A DNA stretch of 64,000 nt from assembly GCA_963704885.1 (NCBI GenBank), contig CAVPIB010000004.1:576001-640000 (forward strand), written 5' to 3'. The DNA comes from an uncultured Actinomycetes bacterium (GTDB lineage Bacteria; Actinomycetota; UBA4738; HRBIN12). Both the position numbers and the translations under genes were made by a program. Below the pieces are notes generated by a model that was not told where the DNA came from, did no database searches, and was given only the letters and a program-made list of their open reading frames with translations. Shown in pieces: positions 22,464 through 36,174 of the stretch (positions are counted from its first letter, which is position 1; every line of letters begins with the position of its first letter).

Positions 22464-23083
22464 CCGGCAGCCACCTCGGCGAGATCGATCATGGTCTCGA
22501 TGTCCGAACGTACGAAGGAGAGCGCGCCCGCGGGCGCCCACGCGTCGAACACCACTCCGTCGCCCGAAGCGGCCACGATCACCACGACCTCGCCCTCGAT
22601 CGATGTGCCGGTCCCGGCCACCACCCCTACGTATCCGAACCGCACGCCCTCCGCTCCCGAGGCGAGCCTGACCGCTTGCGGCCGAGACACCGAGAGCCGG
22701 CTCAGTTGGCCTGACAACAGATCGGCGTATCCGCGCGCGAGCGATCCAGCGTCCTCCCGAGGGCCTCCGAAGGCCGCGACGACCAGGTTCCCGCTGCCTC
22801 GCGTGAGATGGACGAACTGCCCACCGGCCATCTCTCCCCGACCGGCGAGGGCCCATCCCGAGAGCGGCCGCACACGCACGACGCCCGCGACGTCCACGGC
22901 CGACCCGGAGGGCTCTGACAGCGCGTCCGCCGTCACATAGCCGCCCAGCACGACCGTGACGATCACCCCTAGGACGGCGAGCGTGGCCAAGCCGCCGCGT
23001 GACGGGCGCCTCGAGCCCGCGGGCCGGTCGGGCCGGGTGGGAGGTGTGGTGGTGGACGGCGGAAATCCCTGCACCCCGGTCAC
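22460..23083 (-). CDS. Hypothetical membrane-anchored protein
   Basis: Single N-terminal TM segment; 4-nt overlaps with both neighbours. Confidence 0.7.
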   Translation of the reverse strand: MTGVQGFPPSTTTPPTRPDRPAGSRRPSRGGLATLAVLGVIVTVVLGGYVTADALSEPSGSAVDVAGVVRVRPLSGWALAGRGEMAGGQFVHLTRGSGNLVVAAFGGPREDAGSLARGYADLLSGQLSRLSVSRPQAVRLASGAEGVRFGYVGVVAGTGTSIEGEVVVIVAASGDGVVFDAWAPAGALSFVRSDIETMIDLAEVAAG

Positions 23084-23493
23084 ACCACCGACAGGAGCGA
23101 GGCGAGGCGGGCCATCCTTCGCGGGTGGCGAAGACTGCCTCGGATCCGCATGCGCCGGCTGAGGACGTCGCCCAGAACGGTTCGTCCGCGAGGATCGAGG
23201 ACATCCGGTAGACCGAACCGCAAGGGAGCGGTCGTCAGGTCAAGCAGGCGTGCGGAGTCCGAGATGACCATAACGTGGGCATCGTCCGCCAGGCCGTCGG
23301 AGATCTCTACACGTCCGGGAGAGATCCGGATGGTGACCGACACTTCCGCATCGGTCGCGCTCAGACATGCGACCGAGGGCCGCAGCAGGCGACGCCTCGA
23401 AGGGTCGCGCTCCAGGTTCTGCTCGATCAGCATGCCGACCATCACCGCGAGGCCGCTCACCTCGTCCACGCCTTCGATGTGAACCAGCGTCAC
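23080..23493 (-). CDS. Hypothetical SCP2-like protein
   Basis: Coupled ORF; GRVEISDG...VLSRRMRIRG resembles the SCP2 fold. Confidence 0.6.
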   Translation of the reverse strand: MTLVHIEGVDEVSGLAVMVGMLIEQNLERDPSRRRLLRPSVACLSATDAEVSVTIRISPGRVEISDGLADDAHVMVISDSARLLDLTTAPLRFGLPDVLDPRGRTVLGDVLSRRMRIRGSLRHPRRMARLASLLSVV

Positions 23494-24530
23494 GGTATCA
23501 GCACGACCTTGGTGGCTTCGCGCCTATCGAAGATCGCATAGCCCTCGGCTGCGTCCTCGAGAGGTAACCGATGCGAGATCAGCGGCATCGGGTCGATGCG
23601 TCCAGACCGTACCTCCTCCATCGCGCGCGCCCACCACGCGTGGACCGGGCAGATGCCGGCGAACCGAACGGTCAAGGCGCGCGCCCAGTAGACCCCGAGC
23701 TGCACGTCGACCGATTCCCCGGCGTACACGCCGACCACCACGACCCTTCCGCCCCGGCGCACGATCTCGACGGCGCTCTCGAAGGCGGCGGTGGACCCGA
23801 CGGCCTCGATAACGACGTCGGCTCCTCGTCCGTCGGTGTTCTCGGCGAGCGCGGTTCCCGGATGACGTTCCCGGATGTCGACCGGCTCGGCCCCGACGCT
23901 GGCGGCGAGCTCCAGCCTAGATGACTCCCTATCGATCGCGAACACCCGGCCGGCGCCCGCCCCCCGGGCGGCCTGGACACAGAACCAGCCGACCGGACCA
24001 CATCCGAGCACGGCGACCACGTCGTTCGGTCGGATGGCGGCGATCGACGCGGCGTAGACGCCAGTGGTTAGGACGTCGCCCACGAACAGCGCCCGCTCGT
24101 CGTCGACGTCGTCGGGGATATGCAGCAGGTTGACGTCGGCGGTCGGAACGCGCACGTGGCTCGCCTGGGCTCCCGGCAGGTCACCGCCGAAGACCCCTGC
24201 GCCGAGGTTCCGGAAACCCTCACAGAGCTGCGTCTCGCCGCGCAGGCAGAACCAGCACGATCCGCAGGCGATGTTGAATGCCACGACCACGCGTTCGCCC
24301 GGCGTGAACCGCATGACGTCGGCACCGATCGACTCCACGATGCCGACGGCCTCATGGCCCATCACATCGCCGGGCTCGAGCGGCGCCTTGCCGTGGAAGA
24401 AGTGCAGGTCCGATCCGCAGATGGCGGTACGCGTCACCCGCACCACGGCGTCGCCCGGCTGCTGAACGACGGGCGCGGGAGCATCGGCCAGCAGGACCCT
24501 CCCGACCTCGTCGAAGACGACCGCCCGCAC
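23490..24530 (-). CDS. Zn-dependent (FDH-like MDR) alcohol/aldehyde dehydrogenase
   Basis: ICGSDLH, GHEAVG, CGSCWFC...C, GDVLTTG, GCGPVG. Confidence 0.92.
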   Translation of the reverse strand: MRAVVFDEVGRVLLADAPAPVVQQPGDAVVRVTRTAICGSDLHFFHGKAPLEPGDVMGHEAVGIVESIGADVMRFTPGERVVVAFNIACGSCWFCLRGETQLCEGFRNLGAGVFGGDLPGAQASHVRVPTADVNLLHIPDDVDDERALFVGDVLTTGVYAASIAAIRPNDVVAVLGCGPVGWFCVQAARGAGAGRVFAIDRESSRLELAASVGAEPVDIRERHPGTALAENTDGRGADVVIEAVGSTAAFESAVEIVRRGGRVVVVGVYAGESVDVQLGVYWARALTVRFAGICPVHAWWARAMEEVRSGRIDPMPLISHRLPLEDAAEGYAIFDRREATKVVLIP

Positions 24531-24534
24531 GACG

Positions 24535-24954
24535 TCAGTTCCCGTCGGGGAACTCGGTGTCGATCGTGCCCGTGAGGTAGACGAGCTCGTTGGCCGCGTT
24601 CACGTAGCGGATGATCGTCGGGAGATCACCCCTCACCTTCAGCTTGCCCTGCATCATCCCGCGGACGGCGAGCAGGTCGCCTTCCAGCACCTCGCGCCAT
24701 CGGGAGTACGGTGCGCTGATCACGTACTGACACGCAGCCCCTGCTTCCGCGTCGATGATCCCTCCGGACCGGCACTTCCCGTGCCAAAGGTCGAGCCAGG
24801 CCCAGACCGTCTCGGGCACGCCCTTGTCCGGCTCCGCCTCGATCTGGAAGGCGACGCCACCCTCCCATCCGGCAGCCGCCTCCTGGTACCGCTCCGAGGC
24901 GTTGATCGCCGCGATGAAGTCTTGGAACCAGGGGTCGGTCGGGAACCTGGGCAT
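24535..24954 (-). CDS. SCP2 sterol/lipid-binding domain protein
   Basis: WLDLWHGKCR...GMMQGKLKVRGDL. Confidence 0.8.
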   Translation of the reverse strand: MPRFPTDPWFQDFIAAINASERYQEAAAGWEGGVAFQIEAEPDKGVPETVWAWLDLWHGKCRSGGIIDAEAGAACQYVISAPYSRWREVLEGDLLAVRGMMQGKLKVRGDLPTIIRYVNAANELVYLTGTIDTEFPDGN

Positions 24955-25008
24955 GTCCACTCCCCCTCCACGCGGACGCAGACCACAGCATACGGAGCAC
25001 TCAGGCCG

Positions 25009-25800
25009 CTACCGCGCGACGGCCAGGATCGTCACGACGCCCACGATGTTGAAGACCACGTGAGCAGCCGCCGGCGCGACGATGGTGCCGCGCCGCTCGT
25101 AGATCCAGGCGAATCCGAGACCCGTGAAGACCATGGTGACCTGCAGGAGTAGAGCCTGGATGGCAGGAGCCGGCACGTAGTGGACCAGACCGAACGGGAT
25201 CGCGGAGGCGAGGGCCGCCGGCCAGAACCCGTGGCGATCACGAACGGAGCGGAACAGCACGCCGCGGAAGAAGAACTCCTCGCTTACAGGCGCCACGACG
25301 GCCGCCAGGAGCACTAGCAGGACGCTCGCCACAGGCGAGAGGCCGGGGGCGACCTGCTCGGGTAGGGCCACGTCGTGTCCGCTCACCTGCTGGAACAACA
25401 CCTGGATCGCACCGCTGACCAAGCCGACCGCGGGAACCATGATCGCTCCGGCGATCGCACCGAAGAGAAGGTGGCGACCGAGGCGCGGCCGTTCGGGTAA
25501 CAACACCATCGCTTCCCGCCACTCCCTGTGCCATCGGGAGAGCCAGGCCACCAAGATCCCGGTTATGACCACATCCGCGACGATCGTGGCGATGATCTCG
25601 GATCGCCCGATCGCTCCGTCCAAGGTGGTGTCCCCCAGCGCCAAGATGATCGGCAAGCTGGCCAGGCCTCCACCCAGGAACGCCAGGAAGTAGACCCCGA
25701 CCGCCTCGAACCATCCCCACGTAGAACGGACGCGGGCATCCGCGGGGCGGGGGTCCACGGGGACGCCCGAGTCGGGTCGAGGGGGGATCGCTGTGCTCAC
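25009..25800 (-). CDS. CPBP (Abi/CAAX) intramembrane glutamic endopeptidase
   Basis: APVSEEFFFRG, FGLVH, AAHVVFN. Confidence 0.9.
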   Translation of the reverse strand: MSTAIPPRPDSGVPVDPRPADARVRSTWGWFEAVGVYFLAFLGGGLASLPIILALGDTTLDGAIGRSEIIATIVADVVITGILVAWLSRWHREWREAMVLLPERPRLGRHLLFGAIAGAIMVPAVGLVSGAIQVLFQQVSGHDVALPEQVAPGLSPVASVLLVLLAAVVAPVSEEFFFRGVLFRSVRDRHGFWPAALASAIPFGLVHYVPAPAIQALLLQVTMVFTGLGFAWIYERRGTIVAPAAAHVVFNIVGVVTILAVAR

Positions 25801-27551
25801 GCTTCCCCCATGATGTCGTTCCTCCGCAGTAACGACACGAACAGCAGGGCCCCGAGCGATGTCGTGAACCCCTCGCCGATCGCGGCAGCGCCGGAGTCGT
25901 TCGTGAGGTAGGCCACGACGCTGCCGAGCACGATCGCGAGGAGGGCGCTTCGCCACACGGGTGCTTCGTCGAAAGTGATGCGGATCGACACCGGCGGTCG
26001 GAGGACGGCGACGAGCGTCAACAGGACACCGACCACGGGAGCCAGCGCGAACGGGTTCGCTGCGATCAGGTCGGTACCCACCTGCAGGCGATCCACCAGC
26101 TTGTCCCAGATGCCGGCGATGCCGCCCGTGTCTTCGGAGAAACGAGCGATGTGCGTGGAGACAGAACCGAGGTAGCGGTGGGCGACCACGACGAGCGCGG
26201 TGCCGACCAGGACGGCCGCGAGTGCGGCCGACGCCGTGCGGAGCCGTCCCACGCCACCGCGCAGTCCCCACCAGATGCCTGCAGCGGCGAAGAGCGTAGC
26301 CGCCCCGCCCATGTTCGATCCCGTCCAGGGCAGACCGGCGAAGAGCCCCGTCGCCGCGATCAGCACGCTGCCCGCGGCCCTCGGCAGTCGCTGGGCGACG
26401 TAGATCGAGCCTCCCAGTAGCAGGCCGATGAATGCGTTGGGCAAACCGAAGAACCGTCCACCGTCGAGCTGCGATCCGCCAAGGAGCGGCGTGAGCGCCG
26501 CCGGCCAACCCAGGATCGCTTCGATCGCGAGTGCGGCGAGCAAGAGGGCGCCGGCCACCGCAACGGCCACGAGCGTTCCTCTGCGCCGCGCCACCGGCGC
26601 GAGCGCGAGGGTGGGCAGCGCTGTCGCGGCGCTCACGAACGGGATCACGGTGACGTACGTCAACGACGCGAGGTGTCCGACCAGCAGGAGCGAGAGCGCC
26701 AGGAACGGAAAGGAGATCGCGATCCAGGCGCAGGCCGACCGAAGCCATCGGGGAGATCTGTCCCGCAACAACGCCCAGAGCGCGAGCAACCCGACGGCCG
26801 TGACGAAGAGCGCTGCGGCCGTTCCGATCGGGACGGTCAGGCGCTTGGACTGGAGATAGCGCGTGTGGAGGTCGATCGGCGGTGGCTCGCCGAGGACGCG
26901 GATCCGCTCCCCGTCTGGTGCGTGTTCGAGTCCTTCGATGCCTGCGTATCCGATCGCGGTTTCGGCGAGGTCGCCGCTGGTCACAACGCCTACCCGGCGT
27001 GTCGAGTCCGAGGTAAGGGTGTGCGATGCCGCGGCCGACACCGTTCGCATCGCGGTCGCGAGTTCCGCCGGCGCCCCCTCAGCCATGACGATCGCGCCAA
27101 GGTGGTCGCCGGCGTCCTCGTTCACGGCTGGGGGGGAGCTCGATGCGACGATGACAAGGGTGTGCTCGGCCTCCGACGCATCGAGAGCAGCTATGACCTC
27201 GCCGGCTGCACCTTTGCACAACAGCGACGAAGTACGGCCATCAGCTGCTGCCATCGACCCCAGGTCGGTAACGAGGATCTGGGCGGACAGGTCGATCCGT
27301 GGCCCGGGTAATGACCGAAGGGCAGCCGCGGCACCATCTGGCCCGCCGACGATCAGAAGCGCGGCGCCCCCGGTCTGCGCCAAGCCATCGAAACCCGGCG
27401 TTTCGAGCAGCACCTCGAGCGCCACATCGTCCACCTTGAACACCAGTACCTCACGTCCGGAGGGTTCGACCTGCGCCGAGGCGGATGTCGCCGAGAGCGA
27501 ACACCACGCGACGAGCGAGCCGACGAGGAGGCTGCGGAGCGGATGCCTCAC
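25797..27551 (-). CDS. Large hypothetical membrane protein (exported N-domain plus many TM segments)
   Basis: Signal-like N-terminus, [27 protein letters not shown]; coupled to murA and the CPBP gene. Confidence 0.7.
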   Translation of the reverse strand: MRHPLRSLLVGSLVAWCSLSATSASAQVEPSGREVLVFKVDDVALEVLLETPGFDGLAQTGGAALLIVGGPDGAAAALRSLPGPRIDLSAQILVTDLGSMAAADGRTSSLLCKGAAGEVIAALDASEAEHTLVIVASSSPPAVNEDAGDHLGAIVMAEGAPAELATAMRTVSAAASHTLTSDSTRRVGVVTSGDLAETAIGYAGIEGLEHAPDGERIRVLGEPPPIDLHTRYLQSKRLTVPIGTAAALFVTAVGLLALWALLRDRSPRWLRSACAWIAISFPFLALSLLLVGHLASLTYVTVIPFVSAATALPTLALAPVARRRGTLVAVAVAGALLLAALAIEAILGWPAALTPLLGGSQLDGGRFFGLPNAFIGLLLGGSIYVAQRLPRAAGSVLIAATGLFAGLPWTGSNMGGAATLFAAAGIWWGLRGGVGRLRTASAALAAVLVGTALVVVAHRYLGSVSTHIARFSEDTGGIAGIWDKLVDRLQVGTDLIAANPFALAPVVGVLLTLVAVLRPPVSIRITFDEAPVWRSALLAIVLGSVVAYLTNDSGAAAIGEGFTTSLGALLFVSLLRRNDIMGEA

Positions 27552-28816
27552 GGGATGGTGACGAGCTCGCGTTCGCGCCGAACCTCGGCACCGAGCGCCT
27601 CGAGCTTCGTCTCGAAGTCCTCGTAGCCGCGGTCGAGATGCTCGATATCGGAGATCTCGGTCACACCGTCGGCGACCAGGCCGGCGATCACCAGCGCGGC
27701 GCCTGCCCGGATATCGAGCGCACGGACCGGCGCAGCCGAGAGCCGTGGCACGCCTCGGATCACGGCGTGGTGCCCCTCCGTACGGATATCTGCGCCCATC
27801 CGCTGGAGCTCGCCTACATATAGGAACCGGCCTTCGAAGACGTTCTCGGTGGCGATCGCCGTGCCGTCGGCAGTGGCCTGCATGGCCAGGAGGATCGGCT
27901 GGAAGTCGGTGGCGATGCCCGGGTATGGCAGCGTCACGAAGTCGACGGCGCGCGCCCGCGAGACCTGACGGATCCTCAGGCCCGCGTCGCTCATGGAGAT
28001 GTCGGCGCCCGCGTCGGCGAGCTTCGTCAGGAAGAGCTCCAGGTGCTCGGGCCGGGCGTTCTTGACCGTCACGTCGCCCTGCGTGGCGACTGCGGCGGCC
28101 GCCCACGTGCCGGCCTCGATCCGGTCTGCAACCGCCGTGTGATCTGCGGGCACCATCTCGTCGACGCCCTCGATCTCCATGGTGCTGGATCCAGCCCCTC
28201 GGATCTTGGCGCCCATCGAGACCAGGAAGCTGGCGACGTCCGCGATCTCAGGCTCGCGCGCGGCGTTGTCGATCGTGGTGATCCCTTCAGCGCGAACCGC
28301 CGCCATCATCAGGTTCTCGGTTGCGGTGACACTCGGGTAGTCCAGGGTGATCGCCGCCCCGAGGAGCCGGTCGGCCTCGGCGACCAGGAAGCCGTGCTCG
28401 GAACGGATCGAGACGCCCATCCGCTCCAGCCCTCGCACGTGAAGGTCCACGGGACGTGCTCCGATCTCATCGCCGCCCGGCATGGAGACGCGCGCGCGTC
28501 CGCAACGGGCTAGGAGCGGACCGAGCACCACGATCGAGGCTCGCATCTGACGGACCAACTCGTCGGGCGCTTCGACGTCATGCACCTCGCGCGCGTCGAG
28601 CTCGGCGACACCATCCTTCAACCGGACCCGCATACCGAAGTGTTCGAGCATCTCGGCCATGACGGCACAGTCTCGGATCCGCGGCACGTTACGTACGACG
28701 CTCGTTCCCGGAGCCAGGAGAGACGCCGCCATCAGCTTCAGCGCGGAGTTCTTCGCGCCGGAGACCCGCACAGAGCCCTCTAGGCGCGCACCACCGGTGA
28801 CGAACAGGCGATCCAT
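27548..28816 (-). CDS. murA: UDP-N-acetylglucosamine 1-carboxyvinyltransferase
   Basis: [46 protein letters not shown]. Confidence 0.97.
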   Translation of the reverse strand: MDRLFVTGGARLEGSVRVSGAKNSALKLMAASLLAPGTSVVRNVPRIRDCAVMAEMLEHFGMRVRLKDGVAELDAREVHDVEAPDELVRQMRASIVVLGPLLARCGRARVSMPGGDEIGARPVDLHVRGLERMGVSIRSEHGFLVAEADRLLGAAITLDYPSVTATENLMMAAVRAEGITTIDNAAREPEIADVASFLVSMGAKIRGAGSSTMEIEGVDEMVPADHTAVADRIEAGTWAAAAVATQGDVTVKNARPEHLELFLTKLADAGADISMSDAGLRIRQVSRARAVDFVTLPYPGIATDFQPILLAMQATADGTAIATENVFEGRFLYVGELQRMGADIRTEGHHAVIRGVPRLSAAPVRALDIRAGAALVIAGLVADGVTEISDIEHLDRGYEDFETKLEALGAEVRRERELVTIP

Positions 28817-28889
28817 GGTCCGATGCTAACGCGGGGGAACGCACGGTCCGCGAAGAAGCCGTGACGTTTCGGTGGAGGACCTGAGCACG

Positions 28890-29294
28890 TCAGCCTGCGA
28901 GGTTGACGCGAGCGAGCGCCTTCTGAAGCTCGGCCTTCGCCGATGCGAGCTCGGCCTCGGCCAGAAGCGTGTCGTGGTTCTGCAGCCGCGCGACCGCTTG
29001 CCGCGCCGCCTCCACGTCGATCTCGTCCTTCAGCTCGGCGTACGAGGCCAACACATCCGCCCGGGTCACGCCTTCGTGCGTGCCGACGTGCATGAACCCC
29101 CCGTCCACCACGGCCTCGAGCCTCCCGCCGCCCTCGAGATCGATCTTCACGATCCCGATCGCCAGCTGCACCAGGAGCGGCGCATGACCGCCCAGGATCC
29201 CGACATCGCCGTCGACGCCGTGCGCGACCAACATCTCGGCCATGCCGACCCAAACCTCGCGTTCGGGGGTGACCAGATGGACCTCGAGCGCCAC
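28890..29294 (-). CDS. atpC: F1 ATP synthase epsilon subunit
   Basis: LVTPERE...GDVGILGGHAPL; operon position. Confidence 0.94.
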   Translation of the reverse strand: MALEVHLVTPEREVWVGMAEMLVAHGVDGDVGILGGHAPLLVQLAIGIVKIDLEGGGRLEAVVDGGFMHVGTHEGVTRADVLASYAELKDEIDVEAARQAVARLQNHDTLLAEAELASAKAELQKALARVNLAG

Positions 29295-29297
29295 GGG

Positions 29298-30728
<1,431 letters not shown>

Positions 30729-31622
30729 TCATTCCTCCGATGCCGCGGCCAGGGCTTCCGCCCCGCCGACGATCTCCAGGATCTCGGTCGTGATCTCGTC
30801 CTGACGGGCGCGGTTGGCCTGTCGGACGTAGCGTTTGATCAGCTCCTCCGCGTTGTCGGTGGCGGCCTTCATGGCACGCCGCCGCGCGGCGTTCTCCGAC
30901 GCGGCCGACTCCAGGAGCGCCGCGTATACCTTCGTGATCAGGTATTGGGGAAGCAGGTGATCCAGGATCTGCGCCGGTTCCGGCTCGAACAGGTACTCGG
31001 CCGGCACGGTCCCGCCGCCGGAGCCCGTTACCTCCTCGGGCGCGATCGGCAGGAACCGCTTCGAGGTGGCCCGCAGCGTGAACGCCGAACGGAAGTCGGT
31101 ATAGGCGCAGTGCAGCTCGTCGATCTCTGAGTTCGCGAAGTCGTCGATCAGTCCCCGGCCGATCTCCTCGGCCTTCGCATATGGCGGAACCTCGCTGAAC
31201 CCCTGCCAAGAGGCCCGCATCGGGACCGCCCGGAACCGGAAGTAGCCGACGCCCTTCTTCCCGACCACGTAGACGACCGGCTCGACGCCCCGGCGACGGA
31301 CGCCAATCAGGATCTCCTCGGCGATCTTCAGGACGTTCGAGTTGTAGGAGCCGGCCAGGCCGCGGTCGGAAGTGACCACGAGCACGCCGACCTTAGTTAT
31401 GGTCTCCCGCTCCTCGAGCAACGGATGAACCATGGAGCTGGTCTGCCGGGCCACGTCCTCCATAGCCGCCGTCAGCTGAACCGCGTACGGCCGAGAGGAT
31501 TCGACCCGTTGCTGCGCCCGGAGGATGCGCGAGGACGCGATCAGCTCCATGGCCCGGGTGATCTTCCTGGTCGACTGGACCGACTTGATCCGTCGACGGA
31601 CGACGCGGAGCTGTGCGCCCAT
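30729..31622 (-). CDS. atpG: F1 ATP synthase gamma subunit
   Basis: KITRAMELIA, SDRGLAGSYN, RQDEITTEILEI. Confidence 0.97.
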   Translation of the reverse strand: MGAQLRVVRRRIKSVQSTRKITRAMELIASSRILRAQQRVESSRPYAVQLTAAMEDVARQTSSMVHPLLEERETITKVGVLVVTSDRGLAGSYNSNVLKIAEEILIGVRRRGVEPVVYVVGKKGVGYFRFRAVPMRASWQGFSEVPPYAKAEEIGRGLIDDFANSEIDELHCAYTDFRSAFTLRATSKRFLPIAPEEVTGSGGGTVPAEYLFEPEPAQILDHLLPQYLITKVYAALLESAASENAARRRAMKAATDNAEELIKRYVRQANRARQDEITTEILEIVGGAEALAAASEE

Positions 31623-31625
31623 GGA

Positions 31626-33293
31626 CTATGTGGTCGCGGGCTCGTCGGGGCCGCTCGGCTCGTCCTCGTCCGCCGAGGACATCCGGTCCCAACCCACGTC
31701 CGGCTTCACTTCGTCCGGCGGGGTGGTCTCGCCGATCGCGGCCTCGGAGCCGACGCCCGTGGAGGTCGGCACGAACGTCGACCCGAAGGCCTGCAGTGCC
31801 TCCTTCAGCTTCGCCTCGGTCTCGTCGGACAGATCGCCCGTGTCCCGGATGGTGGACAAGATCTCGGGGTATCGCGTGTCCACGAAGTCGTTGAACGACG
31901 TGACGAAACGCTTCGCGTCCTCGATCGGGTAGACATCCAGGTAGCCGCCGGTGACCGCGTATATGGCCGTGACCTGTCGCTCGACCGGCTGCGGCTGGTA
32001 CTGGGGCTGTTTCAAGACCTCGACCACCCGTGCGCCGCGCGCCAGCTGTTGCTGCGACGCCTTATCCAGCTCGGAGCCGAACTGCGCGAACGCCTCGAGG
32101 GCGCGGAACTGGGCCAGGTCCAGGCGGAGACGGCCCGCAACCTTCTTCATCGCCTTGACCTGCGCGTTTCCTCCCACTCGGGAGACCGAGATGCCGACGT
32201 TGATAGCGGGACGCACTCCGGAGAAGAAGAGCTCGGGCTCCAGGTAGATCTGACCGTCCGTGATCGAGATCACGTTGGTCGGGATGTAAGCCGACACGTC
32301 GCCGCCCTTGGTCTCGATGATCGGGAGCGCCGTGAGCGAGCCCGCGCCAAGTTCATCGGAGAGCTTGGCCGCGCGCTCCAACAGCCTGGAATGGAGGTAG
32401 AAGACGTCGCCAGGGTAAGCCTCGCGCCCCGGTGGGCGCCGGAGCAGCAGCGAGATCTCGCGGTACGCCACGGCCTGCTTCGACAGGTCGTCGTAGATCA
32501 CGAGCGCGCTGTCGCCCTGATACATCCAGTGGGCGCCGAACGCCGCGCCCGCGTACGGAGCGATGTATTGGAAGGGGGCCGGGTCCGACGCTGCGGCGAT
32601 CACCACGACCGTGTAGTCGAGCGCTCCGTTCTCACGGAGTGTCTCCACGACCTCGGCCACCGTGGACGCCTTCTGGCCGATGGCCACGTAGATGCACTTC
32701 ACGGCGTTGGGCGTTCCCCAGTTCTCGCGCTGCGCGATGATCGCGTCGATCGCCACGGCCGTCTTGCCGGTCTTCTGGTCGCCGATGATCAGCTGACGCT
32801 GACCACGACCGATCGCGGTCATCGCGTCGATCGCCGATATCCCGGTGTAAAGAGGCTCCTTCACCGGTTGGCGAGAAACGACGTTCGGGGCCTGCACCTC
32901 CAGGTTGCGCGTGGTGTCCGACTGGATCGGTCCCTTGTCGTCGAGAGGTCTGCCGAGCGCGTCGACGACCCGCCCGAGGAACCCGTCTCCAACGGGGACC
33001 GACAGGATGCGACCCGTCTGCTTGACCGCATCACCCTCCTCGATCTTGTCAGACTCGCCCAGGATGATGCAGCCGATCTCCGCCTCTTCCAGGTTGAACG
33101 CGAGACCGAAGACCCCGCCGGGGAACTCGAGCAGCTCGTTCGCCATCGCTCTGGGCAGGCCCTGGACGCGCGCGATGCCGTCGCCGGCCTCCGAGACGCG
33201 CCCAACCTCTTCGCGATCGACAGACGGGGTCCAGCTCTCGACGTTCCGTCTGAGCGCCTCCGCGATCTTCGACGGGTCGATATCTAATGCCAT
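31626..33293 (-). CDS. atpA: F1 ATP synthase alpha subunit
   Basis: [33 protein letters not shown]; acidic C-terminal extension. Confidence 0.98.
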   Translation of the reverse strand: MALDIDPSKIAEALRRNVESWTPSVDREEVGRVSEAGDGIARVQGLPRAMANELLEFPGGVFGLAFNLEEAEIGCIILGESDKIEEGDAVKQTGRILSVPVGDGFLGRVVDALGRPLDDKGPIQSDTTRNLEVQAPNVVSRQPVKEPLYTGISAIDAMTAIGRGQRQLIIGDQKTGKTAVAIDAIIAQRENWGTPNAVKCIYVAIGQKASTVAEVVETLRENGALDYTVVVIAAASDPAPFQYIAPYAGAAFGAHWMYQGDSALVIYDDLSKQAVAYREISLLLRRPPGREAYPGDVFYLHSRLLERAAKLSDELGAGSLTALPIIETKGGDVSAYIPTNVISITDGQIYLEPELFFSGVRPAINVGISVSRVGGNAQVKAMKKVAGRLRLDLAQFRALEAFAQFGSELDKASQQQLARGARVVEVLKQPQYQPQPVERQVTAIYAVTGGYLDVYPIEDAKRFVTSFNDFVDTRYPEILSTIRDTGDLSDETEAKLKEALQAFGSTFVPTSTGVGSEAAIGETTPPDEVKPDVGWDRMSSADEDEPSGPDEPATT

Positions 33294-33832
33294 CACACGC
33301 TCCCTAGTGCTTGCTTGGCGTCCTCGAGACGGCTCGCGATAGAGCCGTCGAAAACCTCGTCGCCCACACGGGCGATCACGCCGCCGACCACGGATGGGTC
33401 GACCACGACCTTCACGTCGACCTGGCGTCCGGTGGCGCGTGAGAGGGCCTGCGCCAGGCGCTCGCGCTGCTCGGGAGAAAGCTCTACGGCCGTGCGGACC
33501 TCGGCCAACGCGTGTTCGCGCTCGGCGGATGCCATCCGGGCCAGCTCGTCCACGATCTTCGGCAACTCACGGGCATGACCGGCGTCGATGACGAATCCGA
33601 GCAGGTTGATGGTGACCGGGTTCGCCTGGCCGCCGAGCAGCTCTCCCAGTACCGCCTTCTTGTTCTCGACCGGCAGCGCGGCATCCGTCAGCGACTCCCG
33701 CAGCTCCGTGTGCCGCTCGAGGGCCTTCCCGAACGCGTACAGCTCGTCCTCGACGGCCGTCAGGGCGTCCTCGGCGCGCGCCACAGCGAACATCGCCTGC
33801 GCGTACCCGCCGATGAGTGCATCTTTCGTCAC
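33293..33832 (-). CDS. atpH: F1 ATP synthase delta subunit
   Basis: [14 protein letters not shown]...VFDGSI. Confidence 0.94.
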   Translation of the reverse strand: MTKDALIGGYAQAMFAVARAEDALTAVEDELYAFGKALERHTELRESLTDAALPVENKKAVLGELLGGQANPVTINLLGFVIDAGHARELPKIVDELARMASAEREHALAEVRTAVELSPEQRERLAQALSRATGRQVDVKVVVDPSVVGGVIARVGDEVFDGSIASRLEDAKQALGSV

Positions 33833-33833
33833 G

Positions 33834-34385
33834 TCAGTTCTGTCCGTTCCCGGAGGCGACCTGGTCGATGTACTCGTCGATCAGCCGTTCGTGGGAAGAC
33901 GTGTCGAGCTCGGCGCCCACGACCTTGCCGGCCAGCTCGACGGCGATCTCGCCCACCTGGGTACGCAGCTCCTGGAAGACCCGGTCGCGTTCCGCTCGGA
34001 TCTCTTCCTGGGCACGCTGGACGATCGTCTGCGATTCCTGCTCGGCCTTCGCCTGCAGGTCAACACGCAACTGATCCGCCGTCCGACGAGCCTCCTCGAT
34101 GATCCGGTTGGCCTCGTCGCGGGCGCCGGCGAGCTGCTCCCGGTAGTCCGCGAGCTGAGCGTCGGCCTCCTGGTGAGACTGCTCAGCCTTCTCCATCTCG
34201 CCCTGGATCTGCTCGCGCCGTTGCTCCAGGAGCACGCTCACGCGGGGCAGCACCCACTTCCACATGAAGAAGAAGATGATCGCGAAAGCGACCGCGCCGA
34301 CGATCAGCTCCGCCGCGTGGGGATACAGGTTCTCTTTGTCGCTTGCCGCTGCCTCGGCCAGAAGGCCGAGCGTGAGACCGAGCAT
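33834..34385 (-). CDS. atpF: Fo ATP synthase subunit b
   Basis: N-terminal TM plus coiled coil; operon position. Confidence 0.93.
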   Translation of the reverse strand: MLGLTLGLLAEAAASDKENLYPHAAELIVGAVAFAIIFFFMWKWVLPRVSVLLEQRREQIQGEMEKAEQSHQEADAQLADYREQLAGARDEANRIIEEARRTADQLRVDLQAKAEQESQTIVQRAQEEIRAERDRVFQELRTQVGEIAVELAGKVVGAELDTSSHERLIDEYIDQVASGNGQN

Positions 34386-34399
34386 CGCTCCCCCTCCTG

Positions 34400-35449
<1,050 letters not shown>

Positions 35450-35453
<4 letters not shown>

Positions 35454-35869
35454 GGCCGCCGCGCTTCCTCGAACGTCCAGAGGTCGGCCTGCATCCGTCC
35501 GGAAAGCGCCTTGGTCTCATAGATGAGGAGCGCGACGACCGCCGGCACCAACGTGAGCGCGAAGGCAACGGGCGAGAACCAGGGCATCTGGTTCAGCAGT
35601 ACTAGGGCCAGCGTGTAGATGATCAGTCGGATCGCGTATCCACCCAGCGCCACGACGCTCACGAGCGTCGGCGAGATCGTCGCGGCCCAGGCGATCGACA
35701 GGGCGTTCGCCACGAAGTTCAGGTAGACGATCGCGATCGCGATCACCGCTGACCATCCGGACGATGGGCCGCCGAAGAGCGCCCCGATCGCATAAGCGGC
35801 GACCGCGGCGAGAACGGCGAACGGCGTCACGCGGCGGATCAGCTCGCGCTCGGGCTCAGTCCCCGTCAC
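35450..35869 (-). CDS. atpI: ATP synthase protein I-like membrane protein
   Basis: Four TM segments, immediately upstream of atpB. Confidence 0.75.
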
Positions 35870-36086
35870 CCTCTCCCCTCCCGTACCGCAACCAGATGGT
35901 GTAGACCCCGGCGACCCCTCCGAGCACGAAGCCGATCGGCAGGAACACGTGCTCGATGCCCAGCAGTCGATCGACCAGGTACCCCAACGCCCCGAGGGTG
36001 GCGATCCCGCCGATCATCGTGGAGGTGATCGCCCAGCCGGTTCCCATGCCCGACCACTGGTCGCTCCGCTGCTCGTTGGCGGCCAT
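35856..36086 (-). CDS. AtpZ/AtpI family small membrane protein
   Basis: MAANEQ...GALGYLVDRLLG...PIGFVLG; first gene after the promoter. Confidence 0.8.
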   Translation of the reverse strand: MAANEQRSDQWSGMGTGWAITSTMIGGIATLGALGYLVDRLLGIEHVFLPIGFVLGGVAGVYTIWLRYGRGEGDGD

Positions 36087-36095
36087 GGGCGCCAC

Positions 36096-36125
36096 AGTAT
36101 AGGCGGCGCCTCGGAACGGCGTCAA
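36096..36125 (-). promoter_or_regulatory. Housekeeping sigma promoter of the atp operon
   Basis: TTGACG-N18-TATACT. Confidence 0.75.
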
Positions 36126-36174
36126 AGCTCGCGAGCCAGCGTTTCCGCAGGTCAGGGGCGGTTTCCTTGTGAGC

